Shown: positions 1-15,613 of the stretch, piece by piece | Layout: each line of letters starts with the position of its first letter | Position numbering within the stretch: the first letter of the stretch is position 1 | Assembly (NCBI GenBank): GCA_964016885.1 | Contig: CAXHJY010001453.1 | Span: forward strand, 1 to 36,450 | Direction: 5' to 3' | DNA: 36,450 nt | Origin: Eledone cirrhosa | Taxonomy: Eukaryota | Translations under genes and position numbers: made by a program | The notes under the pieces: generated by a model | Seen by the model: the letters and a program-made list of their open reading frames with translations, nothing else | What the model was told of the DNA's origin: nothing | Databases searched by the model: none

Positions 1-21
1 ATATAATATATATATATGTAT

Positions 22-87
<66 letters not shown>

Positions 88-108
88 ATATATATATATA
101 TAAAATAT

Positions 109-203
<95 letters not shown>

Positions 204-920
204 TATATATATATAAAATATATATATATATGTAATATATATATATATATATGTAATATATATATATATATATGTAATATATATATATATATATGTAATA
301 TATATATATATATATGTAATATATATATATATATATAATATATATATATAATATATATATATAATATATATATAATATATATATAATATATAATATATAT
401 ATAATATATAATATATATATATATATATATAATATATATATATAATATATATATATGTAATATATATATATAATATATATATATATATAATATATATATA
501 ATATATTTATATATATAATATATATATAATATATATATAATATATTTATATATATATATATAATATATATATATACTATATATATATATAAATATATATA
601 ATATATATAATATATATATAATATATATAATATATATATAATATATATATATAAATATATATAATATATATAATATATATATAATATATATATATATAAA
701 TATATATAATATATATAATATATATATATAAATATATATATATAAATATATAATATATATCTATAATATATAATATATATATATAAATATATATAATATA
801 TATATATATATAATATTTATAATATATATATATAAATATATAATATATATATATAAATATATAAATAAAATATATATATAAAATATATATATAAATATAT
901 ATAATATATATATATATATA

Positions 921-951
<31 letters not shown>

Positions 952-1455
952 ATATATATATATAATATATATATATATAAATATAATATATATATAATAT
1001 ATATATATAAATATAATGTATATATAATATATATATAATATATATATATAAATATAATATATATAATATATATGTAATATATGTACATAATATATATATA
1101 TATAATATATATATAATATATATATATAAATATAATATATATAATATATATGTAATATATGTACATAATATATATATATATAATATATATATAATATATA
1201 TATATAAATATAATATATATAATATATATATAATATATGTATATAATATATATATATATAAATATAATATATATAATATATATATAATATATGTATATAA
1301 TATATATATAATATATATATATATAATATATATATATATAATATATATATATATATAATATATATATATATATAATATATATATTTAATATATATATATA
1401 TATAATATATATATTATATATATATATATATATAATATATATATATATATAATAT

Positions 1456-1487
<32 letters not shown>

Positions 1488-1908
1488 ATATATATATATA
1501 TAATATATATATATATAATATATATATATATATAATATATATATATAATATATATATATATAATATATATATTATATATATATATATATATAATATATAT
1601 ATATATATAATATATATATATATAATATATATATATATAATATATATATATATATAATATATATATATATAATATATATATATATAATATATATATATAT
1701 AATATATATATAATATATATAATATATAATATATATAATATATAATATATATAATATATATAATATATATATATATATATAATATATATAATATATAATA
1801 TATATATATATATATAATATATATATATATATAATATATATATTATATATATATTTAATATATATATATATATAATATATATATTATATATATATATATA
1901 TATAATAT

Positions 1909-1951
<43 letters not shown>

Positions 1952-2125
1952 TATATATATAATATATATATATATAATATATATATAATATATATATATA
2001 TAATATATATATATAATATATATATATATAATATATATAATATATATATGTATATAATATATATATATATATAATATATATATATATAATATATATATAA
2101 CATATATATATATATATATATATAT

Positions 2126-2182
<57 letters not shown>

Positions 2183-2507
2183 TATATATATATAATATAT
2201 ATATGTATATAATATATATATATATAATATATATATATATATAATATATATATGTATATAATATATATATATATAATATATATATATATATAATATATAT
2301 ATGTATATAATATATATATATAATATATATATGTATATAATATATATATATATAATATATATATATGTATATAATATATATATATATATAATATATATCT
2401 GTATATAATATATATATATATGTATATAATATATATATATATAATATATATCTGTATATAATATATATATATATAATATATATCTGTATATAATATATAT
2501 ATATATG

Positions 2508-2596
<89 letters not shown>

Positions 2597-2980
2597 TATA
2601 TATAATATATATATATATAATATATATATATATATAATATATATAATATATATATATAATATATATATATAATATATATATATAATATATATAATATTTA
2701 ATACATAATATATAATATATATATATATATATATAATATATAATATATATATATAATATATATATATATAATATATAATATATATATATATATAATATAT
2801 ATATATATAATATATTTATATATAATATATATATAATATATATAATATATATATATATAATATATATATATATATATAATATATATATATAATATATATA
2901 TATAATATATATATATATAATATTTATATATATAATATATGTGTGTGTGTGTGTGTGTGTGCGTGTGCGTGTGTGTGCGT
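1..2980. repeat. (TA)n microsatellite array with extra-A and TGTA interruptions, ending in (GT)n at 2941-2980
   Basis: Almost exclusively A/T dinucleotide repeat; recurrent 'tataat' and 'tgta' variants. Confidence 0.98.
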
Positions 2981-3654
2981 GATTTTCATGACATGATTGG
3001 GAACTCGTTCTTTAAAACAACTGAGAAACAGATTATGAGGTCCAACTTCGTAAGAAGTCAATTAAACCCAAATGGGTGATATCTATGTGTTCAATTTTAT
3101 TACTAAACACATGCAATAGGAAATTTGACAAAAGAGCGGTATATCTAAAAAAACAAATATTGGACCACCCAAAAGATTACTTGATTGGCCAAGAGAGATC
3201 GTGGAAATAAGCGGTATATTATCCTTAAATATACAGGATTGACTATAAGTGCAGAGGTATGTTATATATTTACGTCCTTCTACTTTCTCATTTCGAATAC
3301 CACCACGGTGCATTATATAAAAGTCAGTAATCTGGTCGATATAATCTCCTCGACTATACCCCGCTACAATATGTGAGGATAATTTTATGATATCCACCTA
3401 GGACCACTTTCAATTTATTTATGTCGTAAGAAGAAAATACTAAAATCTATTTCACATAGCACCGCCATCTTATTTCAGATACCTCTCTATAAAAAAAAAA
3501 AAATCAGAAATATAAATACACTTATATTAGAGCAATCCATCATCACCTCCTTCAAACTTTCAAGATAGATTTTTAATTAAATTAAAATTAAAGGGTGGAT
3601 TTGCATTCTCTTCAACCGTAAAGTGACGACCAGTTGATTTTGTAAAATATTATG

Positions 3655-4688
<1,034 letters not shown>

Positions 4689-6204
4689 GCAATTGAATAA
4701 AATAATTAAAAAGATACAAAAAGAAATGGACCACACAAAAATCCTTCCTATATAATCCCGTGTTGACTTATCTAATTCGATATATAATTTTTTTATACAT
4801 TCACTTTCTCGGAATTGAATAGCCTATATATACTACTTGTGTCAGCAAATTACAATGTATTTCCTTTTTCTTTTATTTTTTTTTTGCTTTTGTTTGGTAT
4901 ACCGATGTATGATTGAATGTCTATTCCTCTACATATTATGTTTGTCCGTGTGTATGTTTACATGAATGTACATATATTGAGTCATCTTAATATAAAATTG
5001 CATTTCTTAAAAAGTAAGGCTGGGAACCTATAGAATATATGTGATTACAAGAACCGATTTCATGATTGAGGTATATGTCATGCACACATATATATACACA
5101 CATATACATGCACATAAATACACACGCACACTTGTATATATACATGTCTATGTGTGAAGAAGGCTAGGGAAATAGAGGCATAGAAGTGTGAGAGAGACTT
5201 ATTAAGAGGACAAATATTATAAGAAATTTTAACTAGAAAATCCCGAACTAAAGATTGTAAAAATATGATTTATGTACAAAAGATCGAGCTCTTGTTTACT
5301 GACGAAGTTTCCACCTCTTTCTGTATGATGAAAGAATGATATGATCTATATAACTGAATAAAGGGGAAGAGTGTTGATCGAGAGAAAAAAAATGGAGGTT
5401 GTTTCAATTAATATTTAAATAAATTATGTAGAGAAATAGAGAAAGAAAACAAGAAACCGACAGGTAGGTTTGCTAACAGAGTTGGAGGACCACACAGGTC
5501 TATAAGAATAATCGCAATAAAAACTACTTGTGCTATATTCTAGTGAGTAGACGAAATATGTGTGGAAAGGAAAGGGAGGTGGAGAAAATGTGGATGGGTG
5601 GACGTTAGATTAGAGACTGCAATTGGAAAGAAATATGAGGTGACTAAGGTTAACAAAATGAAAAATGTCCCAGGCCAGGCATGATGGAACAAACATATGA
5701 AAGGCATTCCAGTCGGCAACATCCTCTGTATATTCCATATTCCACCTTATCAACTGAGATATATATTTTTTCATATTTTATTACGGTGATTTAGGGGATA
5801 TTTGGCTGTTATTTCTAGCAGTTCAGGTGACTGAAGAAGCTCGTCATTGATAAATCAATAGATTATAATAAAGAGCAATAAATTAAAATGAAAAGGATAG
5901 ATACCTGAATAGAAAAAGAGACAGATAGAGTTATAAATAAGAATGAAAGATATACTGTATGTGAATATAGAGATATTGAGTGAGTGTTAGATATTGAGTG
6001 AGTGTTAGATATTGAGTGATAGATAGATGTGATAGCAAAAGGAAATCAAACAAGTGTAACAAGTATAGAAAGTAAACAGGCAGAGGAATGCTGTTGAGGT
6101 TGATGTTGCTTGGTTGCTGTCGACAATCTGAGATCACGTGTCTAAAGTGGATGCAGATGTCGGGAGCGTTTATTAAAAGTGGTTATGAGTACTGGTGGAA
6201 ATTA

Positions 6205-6300
6205 TATGTATGTATGTATGTGTATATATATATATATATATAAATATATACATACATATATATATTTGCGTGTGTGTGTTTGTGTATATTTATCTATATA

Positions 6301-6394
<94 letters not shown>
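6205..6394. repeat. (TA)n/(GT)n microsatellite
   Basis: Direct reading; long (GT)n at 6303-6393. Confidence 0.95.
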
Positions 6395-6871
6395 ACCCAG
6401 TTACTACTTGAGGTAGGTTAAGCTCTCTCTCGATCAATGTCAGATGTGAATGGCTATGCGTTAGATGGTGATTTGAGCCAGGCAAGAATTTGGTTTGCAA
6501 TTTCACGTGGGTTTTCATGTTCTCTATTAAAACCTCAGAATAAAAAGGGGTAAAACTTCAGGGCTGTCCATAACATATAATAAAGAAACGACCTAATGTA
6601 TGACCTAATTTAAATGTTCAAGCTTGTAATTCCAACTAAATATTTCTGGTGAAGTGGAGGGTGGAGTTGAAATCACGAAAGTTTAAAAAATTTTAATTTC
6701 TGTCCTCTGTATAAATTCGGATGTTAATAACACTGAAAAAAAAGGGGTTTCGCTGATAGACCATGATCCGATTACTTGTCTTGGTGTAGTGATGTGGTTT
6801 GCAGAATGGGACCTGACTGGGTGACGAGAGCCTCCATTTTAATATGTGATACTGCAATACAGATATAAATC

Positions 6872-7059
6872 TAATAATTGTTTCTACTTTTGGCACAAGG
6901 CCAGCAATTATCCCAGTGTATTACTGATACTTTATTTTATCGGCCCCGTAAGGTTGAAAGGAAAAGTTAACCTCGGCGGGTTTTAAACTCAGAGCATAAA
7001 GTGCCGCAATTCTTTGCTGCAAAGCATGGCGTCTGACCCTCTAGCGATACTGCAAATCC
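6872..7059 (-). mobile_element. tRNA-derived SINE (octopus-type family), diverged copy
   Basis: Reverse complement aligns end to end with the copy at 8248-8443 (B-box-like GAGTTTAAAACC, CGAGGTTAACTTTTCCTTTCAACCTTACGGGG core, GCTGGCCTTGTGCC...GAAACAATT tail). Confidence 0.85.
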
Positions 7060-7936
7060 ATGATTTTAATTTCTATTTTTCACATTTATTTTCCGATTCT
7101 AATTTATTTGCTTATTCTGAATTTTATATTCTTGCGCTACATGTACGGTAACGTTTTAGGGCATTGATATCTGAATTTAAGTGTTGAAATATGTTTGTGA
7201 ATATCATCATGTTTTAGATTACTTTGTTTTATTTGAATGTTTATTTTGTATACAATTGTAAATTCTATATTTTGTTCTCTTTGTCGGTTTATAATATGCA
7301 TAATTTTGGTTAATTTTTTAGTTTGAATTTAATTTCTTGGTGGATTATGGGTTAATTGATTTATTTTTGTATGGGAGGCTGATTGACAGCAGTAAAGTCT
7401 AATGGAGGTGTATTTTTTGGTCTGGTAGCTGTATGATTAAGTATTTAGTGGATTACAGGAAATATGGTATTAAAATTTCTGGTAGCTAAAACTCGACAGA
7501 AACGAGAAAAAGAGAACTATTGCTGACAAACAAATTCATCTTCTGAGTTTCTGTATTGGGGCTTGGTTTTAATTCTTATTGTAAATTTATTACGTTATTG
7601 TCTCCTTTGAGGGGAAATATTTTGGTTTCTAGTTTCAGTTTAAGTTTAAGTTTCTTGTATGGCTTTAAATTTCAAATTTTTTTGATTAGATGTTATGTAA
7701 TTGTTGGATGATTTGGGGGTGTAGTAACGTTTGTTTTAATATATAATACGGTATGTGGTTCTGTAACTGAGTATTTATATTGTGCATGGTGACTGGGGTA
7801 GTTTAGGTTTATGGTAACTAAAAAAAAACAATGTTCTAGATTTAATAAATTCTGGTGCATGATTTTGGTTGTAGTGGTTGAGCAATTGTTCTTTCTATAG
7901 TATGTTTTGTGCAATTAAGGTTTATTGCCCACCCCC

Positions 7937-8009
<73 letters not shown>

Positions 8010-8247
8010 GCTTGGTTGTAACCGACCTGTCTAGCTCGGTTAACCGCCAGTATATCAAAAGAAAAATGCACCTCCTATGCATTTTATTTGACGAGAACAT
8101 GTTTTGGATTATGTTATGCATAAGCCTTGCATCTTCGAAATATATATATAGTATATATAATATATATAATAGGAAATATATATATAATATATATAATATA
8201 TATATTAAGATAAATAGAGATGATGTAAAGTAACTATCTTTCGTTTA

Positions 8248-8443
8248 GGATTGGCAGTATCGGTAGAGGGTCGGAAGCCATGCTTTCCAGCATAGTTACG
8301 TCCCTTTACGATCTGAGTTCAAATCCTGCCGAGGTTGACTTTGCCTTTTATCCTTACGGGGTCAATAAAATAAAGTACCAGTAATGCACTGGATAATTTG
8401 CTGGCCTTGTGCCTAAAGTAGAAACAATTATTATTATTATTAT
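8248..8443 (+). mobile_element. tRNA-derived SINE (octopus-type family)
   Basis: A-box-like TGGCAGTATCGG, B-box GAGTTCAAATCC, core GAGGTTGACTTTGCCTTTTATCCTTACGGGGTCAATAAAATAAAGTACC, (ATT)n tail; three similar copies in the window. Confidence 0.9.
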
Positions 8444-8916
8444 ACTCCGGATAAATATATACTTGAGTAATTGACATGTTATATTAAAAAAATCAGCTGA
8501 TTTTAAATTAACTGACTCTTTTTCATTGAACAATTTTATATATATATATATATATATACATAAAAGAGAGAGGGAGGGAGGGGGAGATTTCCAAAAATAC
8601 TGAATTCCATTGCCTATAGTCTGATGGAAAGAATTCTAGAAAAAGAAAAACATTTAGGTAAAAAATAACGGCCAAATGTCGAAGAGCAACTGGTGTATTA
8701 TTTTTTACGCCATTATCATTAGGTTGACAGCGATGGATAGTGTGACAGGTGGTGTAAGTTACCAATATATTACCTAAATGTAATAAACCTTATTTTGTTT
8801 ATTTTATTGTTGTTTTTGTCTTTAATTTTTCTCCTAGAGAACTTTAGTTTTGCTCTAATATAGTGTAAAGTATCAGTGAGTTTACGATAGCATCCGTCAC
8901 AGACATTTCTAATAGT

Positions 8917-9115
8917 GATTTCTAAGCAATGGTACACAACGCCACAGCCAGCTAGGATGTTATAGTCGAATAAATTAAATTCAGGTGTTTTATCGACCCT
9001 GAAAGAAATGAAATCTCGTGTTGATTTGTACTACATTGTAAAGAGGCGGCGTCATTAAATATTGCAAAGCTTTTACTCTGTTAATCAAAATCTTTTTATT
9101 ATTCGCCACTGCCGA
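8917..9115 (-). mobile_element. Highly degenerate SINE copy of the same family
   Basis: TTTTATCGACCCTGAAAGAAATGAAA matches the antisense SINE core (TTTATCGACCCCGTAAGGATGAAAGG at 11520); ACTGCC near 9110 matches the SINE head. Confidence 0.5.
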
Positions 9116-9729
9116 TATATATAATATAGACCCTACAAGTAACCCAAAGAATATCCATTGTCTAAAATATATAGTGTGTTATACTCTAATTATTGTAGGG
9201 CCTGACAAACGAGATAATTTACAAACAGTTTATTGGGGGAAGCTGATACACCGTTGTGCCCGTGTGTAAATAATATACATATATGTGTGTGAGAGAAGGA
9301 AACAGAGAGAGAGAGAGGGGGTGCGCGCTCAATAAAGCTTGGAACTGACAGTTTGATATCAATTAAGTACTTTCAATGAAAATATGATCAAGTTTAGCAG
9401 TTATTCCAATTCTCCTATTATATAAGTAAGTTGTAGGACAACTTAACCCTAGTCAATATGTGAATGGGTTTTATTTTATTTTCCATCCTTAATCCATGAA
9501 GACAACACAAAGGAGAAACCACAAGTAGCTTTTGCTTGAATGAGACTAATTCTCTTCAGTGCTATCAAACTATGAGTGAGCTACTATCATGACTGTTCTA
9601 TTTTGAATATGAAGAAAAATAAACAATAAGATTTAATAGAATGTGTTATTATAGTTGCAAGTTGAAGGGGAAATATGAATGAGGATTATATATGTGTATG
9701 TATGTGAGAGAGAAGGATACACACATGCT

Positions 9730-9845
<116 letters not shown>

Positions 9846-10490
9846 CATATATATAAATGCATAAGTATGCATGTATTTATGTAAAAACACCCACAACTAA
9901 CACATCGATGCCTGAATTAATAGAAGAGCTGAATTAATAACAGAGAAGAAACAGGAGAGCAAACGCGAGAGTAATAGAGAGTGAAGGCGTGTGTATGTCG
10001 CTGTGTGTGTATAAAGAAAAGAATAAGAAAATTAGAGACGGTAATAGAAAAGTAAAGCGTGATAGAGAGAGGGAAGTAATTGAGAGAGAAAAAACGACAA
10101 AGAGAATGTATCAGGGTAGGTGAACATTAGGAGTAATGCCAAACGCATATTGGGTGAATAGATCAGTCTACATAGTAGAGGACTTGAACCGTAGCCGCCC
10201 CTTTCTCGTATCAAGTTCATCTACTTTAGAAATGCAATTTGAATATCGAAAGAAATACTCTAAATAGCATAAAATAAATAATAAAGAAAAAGGCTCCTTT
10301 AGTTGACGTGAAAAGGGCCCTCCAAGCATAAAGGATTATGAGTGAATGTTGGAAAGTACTCTAAAGTATTAGAGTCTAAATTTAATGAAATTACTATATA
10401 TTTTCCCAACAATTTGTGAACGAGGTATTTGTGAGAAATAGACCCGTGTCTCTGTCTGTCTTTTATACTGTGTGTCTTCGACTTCTATTA

Positions 10491-10531
<41 letters not shown>

Positions 10532-11240
10532 TACAAACACACACATATATATATTGCGTGTGTTTTAAAAACAAAGACAGCCAAATATTAACTGAAAAAG
10601 CACTTGATGAATTTAAATAGAATATAGAATATATTTTAGTAAGATAATGGTTGACAGTATCTTCGATGTCTTACTTTTGGCCGGCTTTGACAAACTTTTT
10701 TGCGTGTATATGTGGTTAATTTAAACGGTGAAAATAAAGACATCAGTAAACTGAGATGAAGACCACATAGTAACATTAATCGTCTAAGGACAAAGTAAAA
10801 AAAAAACCACGTTAAACAGCCGTACGATGTTGAAGCAAAAAAAGGCCGGTTTATATTGCTGCTTCACTGCTATTAATATTCCTCGAAGCTGGACATCATT
10901 TATGTGTGAAATATTGGTAGTGGTGAGAGAAAAGTGTACAGTAGGTCAAAACTCTTAGGCTAAAGAGAGATATTCATCACTTCTTCCAAAGTATTTAGCA
11001 CCTAAAAACCCATAAGATTGTATGTAGATGTGTGACAGTGTGTATGAGTTGGGGTGGATGCGTGCGCGCGTGTCATATAGTATTTGTAACCTCAGTTACT
11101 GTATGCATTTGTATTTCTCCTTCCGCACTGAACACAACTGTGGTTTTATATATATATATATATTAGATAGATAGATATAGATAGATATCTGGAATTAATA
11201 CCAGCGATCTTCGTTAATTTTATTATGTATAATAATAATC

Positions 11241-11273
<33 letters not shown>

Positions 11274-11307
11274 GTGATAATAATAATAATATTAATAATA
11301 ATAATAA

Positions 11308-11425
11308 CATGGGAACAGCAAGAACCCTCCGATACGTCCTGAATATCTGAGGCTGCAGGTAGTGGCTTGATATCAATTTCAACAAACTTTCCAGTTAAAT
11401 AACATCAATGACTGAGACTCAAAGA
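11308..11425 (+). mobile_element. 5'-truncated 3' end of an R4/Dong-like (RLE) non-LTR retrotransposon inside a (TAA)n array
   Basis: Translates MGTARTLRYVLNI*, matching the '(LL)GTARILRKVL' C-terminus typical of R4/Dong ORFs; (AAT)n on both sides (11230-11307, 11426-11462). Confidence 0.7.
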
Positions 11426-11460
11426 ATAATAGTAATAATAGTAATAATAATAATAATAAT

Positions 11461-11640
11461 AATTGTTTCTACTTTAGGCACAAGGCCAGCAAATACCCAG
11501 TACATTACTGGTAGTTTATTTTATCGACCCCGTAAGGATGAAAGGCAAAGTTAACCTCAGCGGGATTTGAACTCAGACCGTAAAGAGACGTAACTATGCT
11601 GGATAGCATGGCGTCCGACTTTCTACCGATACTGCCAATT
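11461..11640 (-). mobile_element. tRNA-derived SINE (octopus-type family)
   Basis: Reverse complement closely matches 8248-8430 (GAGTTCAAATCCCGCTGAGGTTAACTTTGCCTTTCATCCTTACGGGGTCGATAAAATAAACTACC); tail merges with (AAT)n. Confidence 0.9.
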
Positions 11641-11654
11641 ATAATACACATGCA

Positions 11655-11727
11655 TGCCGAAAGCCGGGATTGAACAGGGAACCTTTAGATCTTCAATCTA
11701 ACCCTCTCCCAACTGAGCTATTTCAGC
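11655..11727 (-). pseudogene. tRNA-Phe (GAA) pseudogene
   Basis: Reverse complement GCTGAAATAGCTCAGTTGGGAGAGGGTTAGATTGAAGATCTAAAGGTTCCCTGTTCAATCCCGGCTTTCGGCA (73 nt) is about 8 substitutions from the conserved metazoan tRNA-Phe; G10-G25 mismatch in the D stem and two mismatches in the T stem. Confidence 0.88.
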
Positions 11728-12490
11728 TATATACCTATATACTACCCTAAGTATTGAGTATTCTGGTGCGTTATGATCCACCTGGTATCTTACCACACCT
11801 TCTTTGTTATATACATATATATATAATACACTCAGGTGCAGCTAATTATTTAAGAAATAGCTTCAATATTGTGGAGACAGAGGATCGTTAACGCTGTATG
11901 ATATCTTGAGAGATTCTGGATAGAGAAATTGAGTAGACGGAACCTTTGTTATCTCCCGCAGCTCGGCTGAATGCTTAGAGGTGCAGTGGCTGACTCATTT
12001 TAACTCTAAATATGTTTTACTGAGATTCATAGACGTACTTTTCTTTTATGTTTTATTTATTTTTCTCCCTCGTTTTATTGTCGTTCTGTATAGCTTTTGC
12101 CATCTGAAAAGTTCTGAACAGATTTAACAGCTATAAAGTATGTACTTCCAACTAAAACGCCATTGTAGAGCATTTAAACCACAAGAAAGTAGCAATTTAT
12201 TCACGTAACTACAATATAAGTAATAGTACTACTAATAATATTAATAAAATACTAGACAGCTTATTATGTGAAGTAGTAGAAAGAAACTACGCAGACTCAG
12301 ACACGCATACATATACATATATACATATGCATGCATAAACATATATACACATACACGCATATGTGCATACAAACTTATATGTATGCATATACTTGTATAA
12401 ACATATACATGCATACACATACATATATATATATATATATATAATTCAATGATATTAAATAAATGGAAACTACATTTATAAAACCATATT

Positions 12491-12553
12491 TATTTTATTA
12501 TATATATTTCAAGGGTACCAAAACACTTTGGCATGCTTTCTTCAGATAAAATA
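12491..12553 (-). ncRNA. Minimal type-I hammerhead ribozyme motif
   Basis: TATTTTAT-CTGAAGA-AAGCATGCCAAAGTGTTTTGGTACCCTT-GAAA-TATATAT-A-ATAAAATA: perfect 8-bp stem I, TGCCAAA/TTTGGTA stem II, palindromic stem III ATATATAT. Confidence 0.72.
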
Positions 12554-12643
12554 CAAAGTTTGTTTCATAAATAGAGACATACCCAGGAAAATCATACCTT
12601 GTCAGTTTTCCTGGGTATGTCTCTATTTATAAAACAAACTTTG

Positions 12644-12706
12644 TATTGTATCTGAAGAAAGCGTAACAAAGTGTTTCGGTACCCTTGAAATATATATAAT
12701 AAAATA
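12644..12706 (+). ncRNA. Minimal type-I hammerhead ribozyme motif (more mutated mirror copy)
   Basis: TATTGTAT-CTGAAGA(12652-12658)-...-GAAA(12687-12690)-TATATAT-A-ATAAAATA; one stem I mismatch, weakened stem II. Confidence 0.6.
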
Positions 12707-12835
12707 AATATGGTTTTATAAATATAGTTTCCATTTATTTAATATCATTGAATATTTACTCCAGGAATCTGTTGAGTGCGCTAAATCAGTTATAAACATT
12801 TATATTTATATTTGTCGGATTTCCAACAAATTAAA

Positions 12836-13376
<541 letters not shown>

Positions 13377-13850
13377 AACTTTGATAGCTGTCGGCCATGT
13401 CTAACTTAATAGCACCATCTCATGGCAGCGTTGAAGAGAGTAGAGTTTGAACTTTTCTAGTCGACCCCAATACTCCAAGATGATGTATTGGGAGATGATT
13501 CAATTTTCATAATACTTTGTTTCTTGTGAGGAGACCACAGTGGACAACAATATTCAAGATAGGTCGGACAAAAGTAGAGAAGAATAGAATAATGTTCCGG
13601 ATATCTCTCGACTGGAAAGTTTTGAGAATCCAGGGACACATGTTGCTGGCCATGTCAACTTTGCTGTTTATATGAGTCGCCCAGTTTATGTTGTTATCAA
13701 CAATTACTCCTAAGTCAATGCTACTGTTGCATGTCACGGGGTTTCACCTGAGAAAAGTGGATAGGAGATTTTTCAGCACTTAAAATGTCCTCAAAGTGGT
13801 ACAGGAGCTGCATTAGGCAGACCCTGTTAGTTGGAACCCATGTTAGTTGG
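13377..13850 (-). mobile_element. Degenerate, internally deleted CR1-group LINE 3' fragment
   Basis: Frameshifted IDLGVIVDNNINWATHINSKVDMASNMCPWILKTFQSRD and LEYCCPLWSPHKKQSIMKIES; shares GGCCATGTCTAACTTAATAGCACC and the AACTTTGA end with the copy at 21596. Confidence 0.88.
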
Positions 13851-14015
13851 AATTCAGCAGATTGTTGCTTTCAAGAAAGTTTTGTAGATCCACACACACA
13901 AATTAGCTGATTGAGCACACACATGCTTTTTCTCAAATCCATATTTTCTGTTTCTTCCCCTTCCCTGTCTCCTCGATCTTTCTGTTCTTTTATTTCTCAT
14001 TCTGTTTCCATTCTG

Positions 14016-14093
<78 letters not shown>

Positions 14094-14239
14094 GGGTAAA
14101 GTGGGGGAAAGAGAGTAAACTGAATAGCACAACAGCTTGTCTTCCACTCTAGGTCATCTAACAAGGGCTGACATGCTCTTTATTGATTGGGCTTTGTTTT
14201 CTGATTCACAGCATGCAATGTCCCATAAATTAGAGATGT

Positions 14240-14294
<55 letters not shown>

Positions 14295-14399
14295 GTACAG
14301 GTTTTTGTAAAAGCCGGTGTTGTGTTTCTTTATGTCACATAAATTGGTAGTTCGATAACTAGGGACCAAACATTTAACTACGGGTTTGCCATACATACA

Positions 14400-14485
14400 G
14401 ATGTTGATATGATTTACTCAATCCTTGAACTTATTCCAGCATGGCAATAGTCTAATTACAGAAACCAATATTAAAGATAAAAGAA
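14400..14485 (+). mobile_element. Probable SINE 3'-tail fragment
   Basis: CCAGCATGGCAATAGTCTAATTACAGAAACCAATATTAAAGATAAAAGA resembles, from memory, an octopus SINE tail; not verifiable within the window. Confidence 0.35.
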
Positions 14486-14996
14486 GACACGAGAAAAAAA
14501 AATGATAACGTCACAAAGCCGCTTTTGTGTTTTGAAGAACGCTTTTTGAAGCACAATATAGATAGCAACGAAGAGAAAGATTCAAGCTTCATTAAACGCA
14601 GAATACTTCAATTATTTTTTTCTTCCACAATAACATCAGCTACATAACCAAAAGCAGAAACATAATAAAAACAATAATTTTGTATGATCATTATCCAGAT
14701 TATATGTGATTTGAGTCATAGATAGCTGCTACTTCTATTGGGCCAATCTCACGTTTAAAATCTTTGACTTTGAAAATTTCTGTTGTAGCCCTTGAGTTGC
14801 TTATGTTGTCGTTATTGATATAACTATTGTCAATGATATATCGTTATTGTTGCTTTAATCCTCTTCATTCTTTACTAGCTAATTCACGTTTACTCCATTT
14901 CATAACTCCATATACACGGACTTTATTTCTCTATTAGCCTTTCAATATACAATACATTGAAAGAATATACTATAGAGAATGGTACTGTATATTTAA

Positions 14997-15027
<31 letters not shown>

Positions 15028-15462
15028 AGACTTTCATATAATCTGAGCTGAAGCATGGCTTTTTTTCAAAATATTTTAGACAAGGCAATGGAAATGGACC
15101 GGCATGTGTATAGTAAAGTATGTATGTTCACCAACAAAGATGAATAGTATTTTATCATTTCATGAACATTTACACCGAAGTTAACTTTTCCTTTATAAAG
15201 TAGATAATTAGCTAGATGCCAGTTTGAATGTGGTGCTCCAGGAAGGCGGCAGCGAGTGTCGCCATGAAAAACTAATTTACTAATGCTACTCGTCTTTCTA
15301 TCCCCCCACGTCTCTCTCTCATTGTCTTATAATTTTAGATAGCGGTGGTGAGATTTAAATCTAGAGCTGAAAATCATGTTGATTTAGTCGGAGGCAAGTC
15401 CCGATCGAACAAACATATGATCAAATGCATTCGAGCAGTGAATTTCTATTTTTCTTTAACCA

Positions 15463-15496
<34 letters not shown>

Positions 15497-15500
<4 letters not shown>

Positions 15501-15576
15501 AATTCGGGACCCCGACGGCTGAGCTCCTGCCGTTTCAATGGCTGTTGAAACGGTAGGCGTTCAGCTGGTTTTTACT
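15497..15576. mobile_element. Short GC-rich hairpin repeat in (TA)n; second partial copy at 18122-18179
   Basis: GGCTGAGCTCCTGCCGTTTCAA-TGGCTG-TTGAAACGGTAGGCGTTCAGCT inverted repeat (18/22); GGACCCCGA.GGCTGAGCTCC.GCCGTTTC shared with 18133-18162. Confidence 0.7.
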
Positions 15577-15582
15577 GCATCC

Positions 15583-15613
<31 letters not shown>

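Larger units (their letters stand above)
12444..12835 (+). mobile_element. Fold-back hammerhead element 1 (putative non-autonomous Penelope-like end)
   Basis: 148-bp arms at 12444-12591 and 12606-12753, 14-nt loop, ~80-bp unpaired tail, flanked by (TA)n; outer arm and tail homologous to the element at 18244. Confidence 0.85.

Noticed and set aside
3083-3397. 104-aa ORF or coding exon
   Set aside because: No recognisable domain and no consistent splice-bounded open frame
5295-5340. CTGACGA...GAAA as a hammerhead
   Set aside because: No pairing for stems I, II or III
5971-6020. 18-bp tandem repeat AGATATTGAGTGAGTGTT, about 2.7 copies
   Set aside because: Ordinary local slippage duplication
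7060-7915. Mitochondrial insertion (NUMT), suggested by T/G skew
   Set aside because: No mitochondrial protein, tRNA or rRNA motif recognised
11655-11727. Functional tRNA-Phe gene
   Set aside because: D- and T-stem mismatches and no oligo-T terminator right after the 3' end
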